Below are positions 12,161 to 25,624 of a stretch of DNA of 64,000 bases, piece by piece. The translations under genes and the position numbers were made by a program. The stretch comes from Octopus vulgaris (lineage: Eukaryota). The stretch lies in the NCBI GenBank assembly GCA_951406725.2, contig OX597814.1:52638001-52702000 (forward strand). Reading direction: 5' to 3'. Within the stretch, counting starts at the first letter, position 1, and each line of letters begins with the position of its first letter. Under the pieces are notes generated by a model that ran no database searches, was not told where the DNA came from, and saw nothing but the letters and a program-made list of their open reading frames with translations.

Positions 12161-13847
12161 CTTCCATATATTTACGTGTACAAGTGTAGGTGTGTGTGAG
12201 TGTCTATTTGTGAGTGCATGTGTGTATGTATGTATGTACGCATGATATATGTATACCTTTTTGAGTATGCATAATATATGTATATATAATTATTAATTTA
12301 TTCAACCTCATCTCTGAGAAATATGTGTGCTTAATCCTATGCTGCATTCCGTTAATTCACCTTGAAATTAGAATTCAACCTTTCAATTCTTACTAGGTCA
12401 GACACCTAAGCCCAACATATCTTTTTAAAAAAAGGCTTTCTCCAGTTGCATTAAGTTGTACCTTAGCAAACCATTGTATTATTAACTATACCCATCATAC
12501 TCAAGTCTATAATCAGATTAATTACGATAATGACGTGTAAATTACTACAAATAGCTTTTGATTAGTGTTGTTAACGTTTTCATGACAGTAATTGAAATGT
12601 TAAATACCTCTTTAATCTCATGTTGGAGTCGAAATAATTACCTGTGTAGATTCTGCTTTGAAATAAAATATTTCGTTTTATTATCAACAACGTTTTTATC
12701 ATTATTGTGATTGTTGTCGCTGCTGCCCTAAATATTCTGATTTAGGCTCGTTGGAGTAAAATTTGCCGTACACTTCACCCTGTTGATATATCAAATACTG
12801 AAACAACACCGGAATACATTCCATTAACAACATCGTTTCGATGTTACTTTAGCGTGCGGTCTATCGCTATGTCTGTATTTTACGCAGTGAAATAATCTGA
12901 TTTGTGCTAGGATTATGATTAGGGTGTAAGGTCAGGATCAGTGGCGTAGCTAATAGGGGAGCAGGGGGAACGACCTTCCCTGAGCAAATTTTTCAAAATT
13001 AGCGCCTTTTCAACAATTGCTAAAAAAATCTTTACTTATGTATATCAGTAGTTGTAAGTTTCATACAAAATCACATTGTTACTGAAATATGAAATTAATG
13101 AATGTAGAATACAATTACATATATTGTAACTAATGAAATATTTCACGTAATATAAGAGAACTGGGCTAAAAATTACTTGCTATGTGCCACAGAGCCTTTT
13201 TTTTTTCATGTACTCGTTCACCTTAACTTTAGGATCTGGCTAGCTTCTGGGGGTTTTTTTTTTATCGTTACAGTTTAGGATTAGGTTTAGAGCTGGGTTA
13301 AGGTTAGACTGTACACTAAAGTGTAAATGGCCAAATAAACACTCGCTAAAGTGACACCTTTATTTCTCTTACTTTACAAACATTGACTTCGAGTCCAGAT
13401 GTGACAATTGTGGAGAGTCTTGAACTCTCATCATCTGGTTTCGATTCCAATTTAGTGCCATTTCATTTCGCTGTATCTCTAATGCTTCTAACCTCATAAC
13501 TTTTTAACCACTTTTCCACCAAGGTAATTCAAACTTTATGCGTTTGTACACACGCATATATGCATGTGCGTATATCAGTATAGGCATTAAGCGAAACTAT
13601 TGCTGTCATTCAGTATCAAGGATGACTTAGTACCTGCTTGTACTATGCTTGCGCCTATTGTTTTAGGAGTCCATATTGACGCGAGCGGTCAAAGACTCCC
13701 CCACTTTTCGTCCTCCCGCCATTGACCCAGTGGAACGTCCAGGATCCGACAGCCGGAAGGAGAAAGAATTATACCAGAGCTCGGTTGGTACATTCTTTAT
13801 CGATCTCCGAAAGAATAAACGACAAAAGCTGACCTTAGTGAGATTTG

Positions 13848-14521
13848 GGATCTTTTCCTTTTGAACGGCACATGTCAATACAATTTCTAGTTAACTAAAC
13901 ACTTTAAAACTTCGTATACTGGTAGAATGTGTCAAAATAAAACATTTTTTTCTCTTGGCTTTCTTGAGAAAATTGTAATTCGTTTGTTTAATGTAGTTTA
14001 ATTTTTCGAATTTTAACCAATGAATCGCCTCTAGTGAGCTATAATCACTTGCTGCGTCCAAAACTGAGACAACATCCTGTCACTAACCCTAACCCTCACC
14101 CTCACTTTTTTTTCTTAATTGTTAAATTAATTTAATTACGGAAAGCGTGTGTTTAAAATTATAGAATTCTTTTGTTTGTTAATTGTTTAAATTATTTTCC
14201 ATTGCTTTCGTTTTTTATTTCTTAATTGTTATCCTTAAATTAATTTAACAATTAAGAAAAAAAAACGAGGTTAGAGTTAGGGTTAGTGACAGGATGTTGT
14301 CTCAGTTTTAGACGCAGCAAATGATTTTAGCTCAATTAGATGCAATTGATTGGTTAAAATTCGAAAAATTAAACTACGTTAAACAAACGAATTACAATTT
14401 TCTCAAGAAAGCCAAGAGAAAAAATGTTTTATTTAGACACATTCTACCAGTATACGAAGTTTTAAAGTGTTTAGTTAACTAGAAATTGTGTTGACATGTG
14501 CCGTTCAAAAGGAAAAGATCC
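13848..14521. mobile_element. Fold-back MITE, Merlin-like, 8-bp TSD
   Basis: ~250-bp near-perfect inverted arms start GGATCTTTTCCTTTTGAACGGCACATGTCAA. Perfect TSD GAGATTTG at 13840-13847 and 14522-14529. Confidence 0.92.
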
Positions 14522-14989
14522 GAGATTTGTAGACAGAACACAGAGAGCGGAACAAATATCGACGTTTTAACGACTCTGGTAATTGAATACCTCACATAGT
14601 TATCAGTAACTGATTCCAACAGATTCACAAAACCAGAAATTTGGTGGAGATGACTAGTAAATTAAATATGCCCAAGTACTTGGCTGGTATTTTATTAAAG
14701 TGATTCTGACAGGATGGAAAAAATATATTAACCTCGGTAGGATTCGAGCCCATAATATAAATCGAAAGAAATACCGCATATTGTCACTTGTGCCTCTTAT
14801 TATTCTGCCAAAATACAATCTCATGTAGGTGAGACATAATAATACATAAAGTAATGCGAACGATGGAACATTTTAACAAAACATTTATATTTGAAATATA
14901 CACTTAATATATTTTTCTGGACATATAGTATTGTTTCTGGTAAAAACAACAACAAAAAGTGAAACCAAACAAAAAAAGAAAACGTATAA

Positions 14990-15610
14990 GCGCAGGCATA
15001 CGTCTATGCTTAAGAGGCGCAGGCGCGTCTCACTTTGCAACTACGAGGTTTCGGGTCCAGTCTCACTGTACAGTACCTTGGGCAAGTGTTCTCTATCATA
15101 GTCTATAGTCTTAGGCCAACCTGTGTCTTGTGAGTGAGTTTGGTAGTGGCCAGCTGGCAGAATCGTTAGCACGCTGGACGAAATGCTTAGCGGTATTGCG
15201 TCTGTCGTTGCGTTCTGAGTTCAAATTCCGCCAAGGTCGACTTTGCCTTTCATCCTTTCAAGGTCGATAAATTAAGTACCAGTTACGCACTGGGGTCGAT
15301 GTAATCGACTTAATCCGTTTGTCCCCTCTATGTTTAGCCCCTTGAGGGCAATAAAGAAACTGATATATATATGTGTGTGTATGTGGGGTGTCTTTGTATA
15401 TATGTTTGCCACCCACTACTACTTGACAACCAATGTTGATTTGCTTTCGTACTCATGACTTAGCGGTTCGGCAAAAAAACCCGACAGAATAAGTATAAGA
15501 CTTTAAAAAAAAATAAGTACTGGATTCTATTTATTCAACTATGCCTTTCAAGGTAGTGCCCCAGTATGGCCACAGTCCACTGGCTGAAACAAGTAAAAGA
15601 TAAAAGATAA
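14990..15610 (+). mobile_element. SINE family A interrupted by a family B SINE
   Basis: Family A head (ccttgggcaagtgt...tttggtag) breaks at ~15147 and resumes at gaaactga ~15356. Confidence 0.75.
15148..15358 (+). mobile_element. SINE family B (tRNA head, Meta/MESC-like central domain)
   Basis: ggccagctggcagaatcgttagc...gagttcaaattccgcc (B-box-like) followed by gactttgcctttcatcctttc..ggtcgataaa..aagtacc. Confidence 0.85.
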
Positions 15611-17945
15611 AAATTATACACATTTAGTAGGTTTGGTCATTAAATCGCTGTTGGTATTATACAAAATTAGGTAGGCTGCGTCTGAAGGTACTACCACACT
15701 AATACTTATATAGCTTTCCATATTTTTTACTATTCGGAACATTTGCATCTACATGAGACTTCGTGGTTAGGCTGGACTGATCTGGTAGATAAAGTTGACG
15801 TACTGTTTAGTGGTGATGTAGAAGCAGCCGTTGGTCTGTTGGTCGTATGCTTGTCTATACAGCATGATGTAGACAGGCGTCTGATAGAGAAAATGAAAGC
15901 GGAAACTGGCTGGTGTCAGAACATCATTGCGGGAGACGAGTTGCGTGTGGTCTGTGGCGCGTGCCAAAGACCTAGAACAGTTGAGAACTGTCGTTCTTAT
16001 AGAGAATAGTGGGCTCCTAGAAGCTGGTGATTAATTTCTTGCGTACGGAAAAATAAACTGTTGCGCCAACGCAACTGGACAGCTGGAAGCCAACCAATTC
16101 AAACAACAGGTTCGTTTAATCACGAGGTCATGTGACCGCTGGAATGAAAAGGCCTTGAGGAGCCGATACTTGGGTAAAGCCTAGATGTGTCAAAATGAAA
16201 ATACCTCACACAATGAAAGTGTAAATCACTTCTGCTACAACTGCATACACTAATTTAGCTATTTATGTGAAAATCGTTAATGGTTATTAAAGACAGAATA
16301 AGTAAAAAGAGTGAAAACACCAGTAGTGAGGTTATGACAAAAGACTTGTCAGTTTATATACACTATTTATTACTACATCAGTACAAGGCTTCTTGCCATA
16401 CAGGCAACGTCAATCTTATATGAACATCACGTTTTACAGGAGCTGGAGATCTACAGAAATTTGATAATTAGACTGATTTTTCACAACGATGCATATTCAC
16501 GAGGTTGTGTTGATTCTTCATCCAACTCCGGGTTGAGTATAGAGCTGTGAAAATAGCTATTAGATAACTCACGCTGGGTTGAGTATGGAGAGTGAAAAAC
16601 AGCTATTAGCGAGAGAGAAATTCACCCTGGACCTTAACCAACGGGGTCCCGATTCATTTTGCTTTTTTTTCGCGCCAATAATGCTGTATTTAAAGCCTCC
16701 GTTCATAGAAAGTTCTAGTGATTATAACGTGAACAAAAAGTTCTGATTGGCTGAAATGGGGTCTGCATGCATGATAAACTCGTTATTCACATATAGTCGA
16801 AAGTGGGGTAGAAATCAAATGTTTTACAACTTATCACAAAACTGCCCGATAAAGTTCTGTGTAGCACCTGAGGGTGTTCTGATTGGGAGTTGAATATCCC
16901 AACTTTTTATAGCATTTGGTTAAGCTTCTAGAATTTTCGACAGATCTATTTGACGGGAAAATTCACCGAACCTACTTTCAAGTCTAAAGTTTATTCGGTT
17001 TGTCACGAGTTAAGCTGGTTAATGAAGATATATTTCTTTGGTTGCGTGAATAATTGAAGCACATTCGCTGACATTCAGCTAAAATATTTATTGTTGGACA
17101 TAAAGATATTTGATGTTCTTTAAATACAATGAATAACATAAATATTTGCTGACTGGGATATAAAGAAAAACAAGAATAGAGGCACATGTCGTTCAGCCGG
17201 TTTCAACATTCTGCGATTAACAGCGGCAAAACGTTTTTCTATAGGGTACGAGAAGAACATTCGAGAAAACTATATCACGCAGCAGTTTCACGCTTAGTCG
17301 ATTAATAGACTGATCACATGAAAGTATGGTGGTTTATTTGTGTTGTCTGACCGATTATCTATCGGTTAGGGTTTAGAACCACCACTACAGGTAACATACC
17401 AACCGATCTGACAAGTTGAATCATGTTTACATAGGTGTTAATGCCATTTATGGCGACACGATAAATTTATCGTAGCTGGCGTAATCTAAGTGGTATAAAT
17501 CAATATATAGGAATGCTATTTTTTTATTGTAATATTACTATTAGTCTGAATATGCTTGAGGCACTGAGTTGGTACAGAAAATATATCCCGTTTATTGACA
17601 AATGATGTGTATACATCTAGATAAGCTCACAGCACCACCTACCTAGACTGGGAGATGAAAGCATTTCGGTGTAGTTATCTCCTCTTCGGCCGCAGATACC
17701 AGGCAGGCAGCGTTACGAGTTGGTTGAAGAGACAATTTTACTTGTCACTGCTTAGTGCTCCTCTCCTGAAAGTTATTTTTTGAATATTTAGAATGTCTGA
17801 CTGTATCTCAAAATGATGCAGTGATATCTACACATACTGTATGTATGCTGTATTTATATAATAAAAACCGTTGAATCTATGTCGGACTCATACATATGAA
17901 CATATGCACACGCGCGCACACATTTATGTATGTATGTATGTATGT

Positions 17946-17988
<43 letters not shown>

Positions 17989-18296
17989 TGTGTGTGTGTA
18001 TTCTCATGGCATATGAAATAATTCTTTTCTTTTTGGAACACTGGCTCTTGAAAGGTAAGCTATAAATAATAGCGTATAAATATTGGGTTTAAAAATCCCT
18101 TTGGATTGAAAATGTCGAAGGTGTCCATTTGACCATAATGCTCACACGGATGTGCACATACAGATACCTACACGCATACTTATACACCCCGAACTTTACT
18201 CCTACATCAGTGTGTATATATACGTATATGTTTATCCATGTACATACACGCCTCTATGTGTATGTGTGTTGTGTTTGCGTGCGTGGATGCGTGCGT

Positions 18297-18332
<36 letters not shown>

Positions 18333-19237
18333 TCGCATGTATAAACCACAAAGAACCATTCATCGCATTATTAATATTATTACATATATCAGTTCTTGGA
18401 TACTGCATTACATTTGAATTGCTATGTGGTCTGATAGCCGAATCCGTTAGAAGAACTTTCTGTGATACTTACACGATTCTCTATACATAGATACATATAT
18501 ACGCGTGCGCGCACTCACAAACACACGCACACATACACACGCACACAGACACACACACACACACACACATTTTAAATGTATTAAATTAAAACGCATCAAC
18601 AGGATATCCGTGGAAGAAAACGAGTGCCAGGTGATCAGAAATTTTATCACTTCTAGCTTAATTACCCGCGCGCACACACATACATAAACAGACACACACA
18701 CTCACACACACCTATCTATTTATACACTCATCCATTCATGCATCCAAGTGCGTGTATTTGCGCAGCATTTGTAAAATTTTAATGCAACAGACAAATTATC
18801 TATAATAGAGAAAAAATAAACGTGCATTGTTGTAGAAATTAAAGGAAAACGACTCAAGAGAGTTCAAGATACAATGTATAATCCAATCGTGATTTTAAAA
18901 TCATATTTGCAGTCATTGGGGTAGCTGGTTATTTTAGTGTAGTTCCAGGTTAAATCTGATCTAACATCTATTATCAAGACAGTAGTGTAGCAAAGAAGGC
19001 GGTCTATCCCGGCCGTCGATTTATGAGTGTGTACTGGGGTCTGCAGCATAAGCCTATGAAGGCTTGGAGTCCGGGGATGAGATGTGAAATTCAAGGACTG
19101 TCCGGAGCAGCACACACTCTAGCTTCGTCACTGCATCAAAAGCATTCCTGCCGTGACGTAAGTAATTTCGTTGTTTTTTTTTGTCAGACGCGGTTTATCT
19201 TAGACAACAGTATCTATTGTATCCTTCCCTCTTTTAA

Positions 19238-19587
19238 CCCTTTGACTGCGAAATTAAATTTCATAGTCATTCCCGTAATGATATAAATTATCTATAAAAA
19301 AAAAAAAAATAATATTTTCTGCTTCTGCAATAATTTTTTCAGTATCTTCTGCAGGTATGGTTCTATCTATACGAAGAGTATTTGATTCTTGCTCAGACAT
19401 CTAACGAAATATATTAAAAAATTAAGAAAATCTGTGTCGCTGAGGGGTATCTCCGCTTCTCGCAGCATAAGAAGAACGGGTTTAAAAAATTTTTTTTTTT
19501 TTTCAAAGCCGTGGGTGTAAAATCGATTTCCGCAGGTAACGGTGATAAAATTTTTGGCGGATATCCCCGCTTTCTGCGTTCAAAGGG
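19238..19587. mobile_element. piggyBac-like MITE
   Basis: TTAA|CCCTTTGA ... TCAAAGGG|TTAT. Confidence 0.65.
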
Positions 19588-19794
19588 TTATGGCTAGGTT
19601 TGATATGAGGTAGCTTTAACTGCTATTTCTTGTCGTTTAAGTGAACACGTAGAGGTTTCCTTGTTTGGGAAGTGATGTGACTGCACAAATATCAATCTTG
19701 ACAACTTGAACTTTTAACAAGACCGAAAGGCACGTAAAATACACTAAAAATATTGGGCATAGAAATAAATGCGTCCAATAACATACAAATAAAT

Positions 19795-20200
19795 ATTGGT
19801 TTCAAATTTTGGTACCAGGCCAGGAATTTTGGGTGAGATGGGTAAATCGATTACATCAACTCCACCAGTGCTCAGCCGGTACTTATTTTATCGACCCCGA
19901 AAGGATAAAAGGCAAAGTCGACCTCGGCGGAATTTGAACTCAGAACGTAAAGACAGACGAAATACCTATTTCTTTACTACCCACAAGGGGCTAAACACAG
20001 AGAGGACAAACAAGGACAGACAAACGGATTAAGTCGATTATTTCGACTCCAGTGCGTAACTGGTACTTATTTAATCGACCCCGAAAGGATGAAAGGCAAA
20101 GTCGACCTCGGCGGAATTTGAACTCACAACGTAGCGGCAGACGAAATACCGCAAAGCATTTCGCCCAGCGTGCTAACGATTCTATCAGCTCACTGCCTTA
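19795..20200 (-). mobile_element. Two adjacent SINE family B copies
   Basis: cgaccccgaaaggat.aaaggcaaagtcgacctcggcggaatttgaactc occurs at ~19892 and ~20076. Confidence 0.85.
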
Positions 20201-20379
20201 TAATACACCAATATTGATGCATGAAAAAAAGTGAATGTACTGCCTTTTACTTGTTTTAGTCATTGGACTACTGCCATGTTGGGGCACCACCTGAAGGGTT
20301 TAGCCCAACGACTCGATCACAGTACTTATTCATTTAATGTCTGGTACTTATTCCAACAGTTTTCTTTCAACGAACCGCT

Positions 20380-21172
20380 AGAGAGAAGCTAGATGAGATT
20401 TTCTCAAGATCAGCAAATGCATGTTGCAGCACTTAATGCTGGATCATTAAATAAATGTTTTAATGGTTAGACAGAGGTCCAATGGAATAACTCTCAGAAA
20501 CAGACTACATACAAATTCGTTCTTCACAACTCCTGAAGCTGTTTTCAGATGTGATCCATCCCATTCTTATAAAATTAATAACTCTGTTCAAATTGGTGTG
20601 CTAAACACAAATTGTCTTTTCTGTAGACCTTTAAAAATTTTCAATTGAAACAAATGGTATGTGCTGCTCAGGCAACAGTGCCAGCACTACCAGCTCTTCA
20701 ACATCTTACGGATATTCTAGAAGGCATTTCCAGCCAGTCAAAGGATTTTCTGAACAATATCGGACAATACAACTCTGCAAATGACATCGTTTGGTGCATC
20801 AAAGAAGATAGATAAACATGAATTTACGACGACGTCAAAGTTCACCTCATTGGTTCCTGTTACACATAAATGAACAACCACAGTTCCTCCAAATTTACTT
20901 TATGAGTGATGTAGGTGTCAACATTTCAGATGATGGGTCGTGTTAAACACAGCGCCGACTGCTGCAAAAGATAGTATATCCACTGACAGCTTCTCGGTGC
21001 GTTCAAAAATCACATAACCCTGAAAGGTTAAGAGTCGAATTAGTCTATTTACTCCACAAATGTTTTGTTGTCAATGCTGCACTTTCCCATATCACCTGTT
21101 TCAACATAACTGTAATATATTATATTCAAACTAGGCTATTTTAATCCTGAGCAACGCCGGGTATCTCTGCTA

Positions 21173-21173
<1 letters not shown>
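20380..21173 (+). mobile_element. Helitron with decayed RepHel N-terminal coding remnant
   Basis: Frameshifted translation at ~20645-20905 gives ETNGMCC..., SKDFLNNIGQYNS, QMTSFGA, HLIGS and EQPQFLQIYF. The 3' hairpin CCTGAGCAACGCCGGG is followed by CTAG|T at 21170-21173. Confidence 0.82.
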
Positions 21174-21237
<64 letters not shown>

Positions 21238-21239
21238 TT

Positions 21240-22025
21240 AATAAATAAAATAAAGCATATGCATATATATAAACATATATGTACGTACCTACCTCTACAT
21301 GTACATATACACGCATATATGAGAGTACAGGACACCGAAAGGACGTCGAACACAATGAGAAACGAAAACATAGACACAAACCAAAGGAACTGGACATTTT
21401 TTTAAACAACAACAAAAAAAATAGAGTACAGGACAATTAACACAAAGAAAAAACCCCATCTTCAGTCGCTATGGTTTCATCTACTCTACGTATCGAAGGA
21501 TAAAAGCGAGACGTATCTTCGACAAGAAACTTTCCTTCCTGCGAAAAGCAAATCAATTAAAATTCTGAGATCTTTCCGCAGAGGGGTAAAAAAATGGTAA
21601 CAAAAACAGGACAGTAACGACAGTACAAATTATAAACAGTAAAAGACAGGACAAGGAAAAACAAGATAAGAAGGGCTGTTAACGCCGAACGAAAAAAAGT
21701 ATTGCGAACGCGGATTTTTTTATGAACGACGAGCGGAGCAAAAAGAATTATCGTCCATACCTTGAGAGGGCCAGGCCAGAAAGACAGCAGCGGAAGTCTC
21801 GTCGCGGGTCAACGACGGGAGGAGGGTGGAGGAGCAAGAGAAAGGGAGAGAAGAAGGGGAATGGCTGCGAGGAAACCATGAAGAATGGAGAGGGGGGGAG
21901 AGAAAGAGTGAAGAATGAGAGAGAGGAAGAGACAAGTTAAGTAGAGGAAAAGGAAATCAAAGAATGAAGGCTGAGAATGGGATGGGACAGAAAGGTTAAG
22001 AGTGCGCATCAAAGTTAATGTCACG

Positions 22026-22030
<5 letters not shown>
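21240..22030 (-). mobile_element. Interspersed repeat, Penelope-like (tentative)
   Basis: 21240-21492 is repeated at ~22760-23006, with an internally duplicated gtacaggaca block. Both copies abut (TA)n. Family assignment is inference. Confidence 0.45.
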
Positions 22031-22091
<61 letters not shown>

Positions 22092-22314
22092 CTGAAAGAT
22101 GCCCGTCTTATATATATGTATGTATCTGTGTTTGTCCTCCCGGTTTGTCAACCGATGTTAGTGTGTTTAAGTCCCCGTAACTTAGCGGTTTGGCTAAAGA
22201 GTCCGATAAAATAAGTATTAGGCTTACAAAATTAAATACTGGAGAGGATTTGTTCGACTAAAAGCAGTGCTCGGGCATGGCTGCGATCAAATGACTGAAA
22301 CAAGTAAAAGAATG

Positions 22315-22359
<45 letters not shown>

Positions 22360-22538
22360 AAGAGAGAGAGAGAGAGGGAGAGGGAGGGAGAAAGCGACAG
22401 ATGTATGTATTTATTGCATATATATATATATACACATGTAATATATGTTATAAAATTTTTAACATCTCTATCTTTGTTGAGTTTATATAGGACTGCGTTT
22501 TGTAAATGCTCACAATACACCTATAAATGCTTATAATA

Positions 22539-22702
22539 CAAGGGTGGGCGGGTCGAGAGCGAGTGTCTGTATGTGCTCGTGCACCTAATAACCATTAGCA
22601 AAAGCGTACTTCATTGTGATACTAAGTCATCCTCGAATGTGAGTTAAGGCTGTAATTATATTGTACACACACATGCATTTATAGATAGATAAATATATAA
22701 AC

Positions 22703-22761
<59 letters not shown>

Positions 22762-23338
22762 AATTAATAAATAAAACATATGCATATATACATACATATA
22801 TGTACGTACCTACATCTACATGTATATATACATGCATATCTGGGTACAGGACACCAAAAAAAACGTCGAACACAATGAGAAACGAAAACAAACACAAAAC
22901 CAAGGAACTGGGCATTTTTCTTAAACAACGAAAAAATAGAGTACAGGACAAATAACACAAGGAAAATTCCTCTTCTTCAGTCGCCATGGTTTCATCTACT
23001 CCGCGTATGCATCCACGCCCACCCACACACACTAAAACAAAGGTAGCCGCGATTGTCAAAGCCGATATTTCCCCCGGCTTTCTGCTCTTGAGTTCCAATC
23101 CCGCCGTTAGTAACTTTACTTTTCATCTACTCAGGACGATAACCATAGTATCAGCTCAATGCTGATTCAGCTTTCTCTCTCTTCACCTATCACATCCTGG
23201 ATTCTCCGTCTTGTACAAGGGTGGGCGGGTCGAGAGAGAGAGCGAGTCTATTTCTGCTCGTGCAACTAATAACCATTAGCGAAAGCGTACTTCATACTAA
23301 GTCATCCTCGAATGTGAGTTAAGGCTGTAGTTATATTG
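22539..23338. repeat. ~125-bp direct repeat pair (22539-22663 and 23216-23338)
   Basis: caagggtgggcgggtcgagag...aaccattagc.aaagcgtacttca...tactaagtcatcctcgaatgtgagttaaggctgta.ttatattgt occurs twice. Confidence 0.9.
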
Positions 23339-23542
23339 TGATATCCTTTCTACTATAGGCACAAAAACCTGAAATTTTTTTTTTGGGTGGGGCAAGTCGA
23401 TATGATCGACCCCAGTGCAAAGTCGACCTCGGCGGAATTTGAACTCAGAACGGAGCGACGGGAGAAATACTGCTAAGCATTTCGTCCAGCGTGCTAACAC
23501 TTTTGCCGGCTCGTCGCCTTTTTAAGTTCATTGATTACATGT

Positions 23543-23981
<439 letters not shown>

Positions 23982-24044
23982 GTGTGTGTGAGTATGTGTG
24001 CGCGCGCTCGCAGGTGTTCGTGGTTGTGCGTGCGTGTGTATTTA

Positions 24045-24233
24045 GCTTTTACTTGTTTCAGTCATTGGACTGCGGCCATGCTGAAGCACCGCTTGGGAGT
24101 GTTTGGTCGAACTAATCCGCCCCAGTACTTATTATTGTTAAAGCCTGGTCACTTATACCATTAGCTTGTTTTGCTGAACCGTTATGTTACGGGAACATAA
24201 ACAAACCAATACCAGCTGTCAAGTGGTGGGGGA

Positions 24234-24322
<89 letters not shown>

Positions 24323-24491
24323 ATTACGACGGGCTTCGTTCAGTTTCTGTCAGCTAAATCAACTCACAAGTTTCTGCTCAGCTCGAGGCTATAGTAGAAG
24401 TCACTTGCCCAAGATGCCGCGCAGTGGGATAGAACCCAATATCACATGACTGGGAACCAAATTTCTCAACCACACAGCCACGCCTGCGCCT

Positions 24492-24492
<1 letters not shown>
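24045..24492 (-). mobile_element. Near full-length SINE family A with internal (CA)n
   Basis: Tail ttttacttgtttcagtcatt at ~24047 and head aaccacacagccacgcctgcgcc at ~24490. Confidence 0.85.
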
Positions 24493-24531
<39 letters not shown>

Positions 24532-25514
24532 ACACCCACACAGGCGTGCATACATGTACACACGTGTGTGTGATTATATATAGTTGATCTAAAAAAGGAT
24601 TTTTTAATACGGTCTTGGTTGCTAATAAACAAAATATTTAGTTATATCTTTTCCATAGCAACACCTCCTGCATTATGAGATGTTCAGTAATTGTATTTTC
24701 GGTAATGAAACATGAAGGCTTCACTGCTATCATGTGTAACACGTTCAACTAGTCGTCTGCCACAAAATTTCCTTATTGATTCTAAAAGCAATGCTCATTG
24801 CGCTTCTCGACACCACCATCATCTCTGTAGACGATCGAATTTCTGCGTCACACATCCCTCCTTTTTCTCTATCTGTATGTCTTCTGCTTTTTCTTTCCAT
24901 GTCTCTTCTCTGCTCTGTTCTGCTCTCCTAACACCCTAACTCTCCGAACACTCTTTGTCACTCCTCTCTTTATGCGACTCTTTCTTCCATCATATAGCTC
25001 ACCCTCTCTTTTTCTCTGTAGGTCTTCCTAATTTCCCCTGTTTCTCTTAACGCTATCCATTGATTACTATTTTTTCATTATCGCTCGTCAGTCTCTTTCT
25101 CTCCCCGTTTCTCTTAGTATTTATCTCTCAACCCCTCTATCATATTGTTTCGGTCTAACCCTGCTCTCGCTTTCTTATTTCTAAATTCTCCACTCCCTTC
25201 CCATCCTATTCTCCATTCTAGTAAAACTTCCAACCCTCATCCCTCTTTTCCTTTTTACATATTTGCATAAATATAAATCTATTATCTTTTCATAACTCCT
25301 CCTCTTCTCTATCCCCCTGCCTCTCATTGTACCTCTATCTCTTCTGCTGTATTCCTACCTCTCTTTATTTCTATTCCTCTCTACCTTATTCACTACCTCT
25401 GCCTACCTCTAAAATCACTTTCTCCATCTCTCAGTCCTTCACACAACGATCGTTTTGCCGTCCAGTGGTCTGTCCCAGATATCCATTGATCTGACTACAG
25501 TCGGGTTTATTCAG

Positions 25515-25550
25515 TATAAATCTCAACTTTGTTATCCCTGACCTTCATTC
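25515..25550 (+). promoter_or_regulatory. Core promoter: TATA box and initiator
   Basis: TATAAA at 25515-25520 and TCATTC (TCAKTY Inr) at 25545-25550, with the A 32 nt from the TATA start. It sits directly upstream of the USP ATG. Confidence 0.6.
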
Positions 25551-25557
25551 AAACGCA

Positions 25558-25624
25558 ATGGCACAAGAAAGAACCATTGTGATAGCTGTTGATGGCAGCA
25601 GCGATTCCGAATATGCATTCAATT
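25558..25624 (+). CDS. Universal stress protein (UspA family), first coding exon
   Basis: gcaATGG start gives MAQERTIVIAVDGSSDSEYAFN plus T, then a GTAAGT donor (25625-25630, phase 1). RxIVIAVDGSxxSxxAF(W) is the USP N-terminal beta1-alpha1 motif. The exon is too short for the ORF track. Confidence 0.88.

Noticed and set aside
13270-13310. Interstitial telomere (degenerate TTAGGG)
   Set aside because: Only a few imperfect units are present, more likely part of a repeat.
21455-21500. Possible permuted hammerhead on the minus strand (GATAC..GTA..CTGAAGA; similar at ~22970 and ~32400)
   Set aside because: The GAAA core is missing in all copies and stem I cannot pair.
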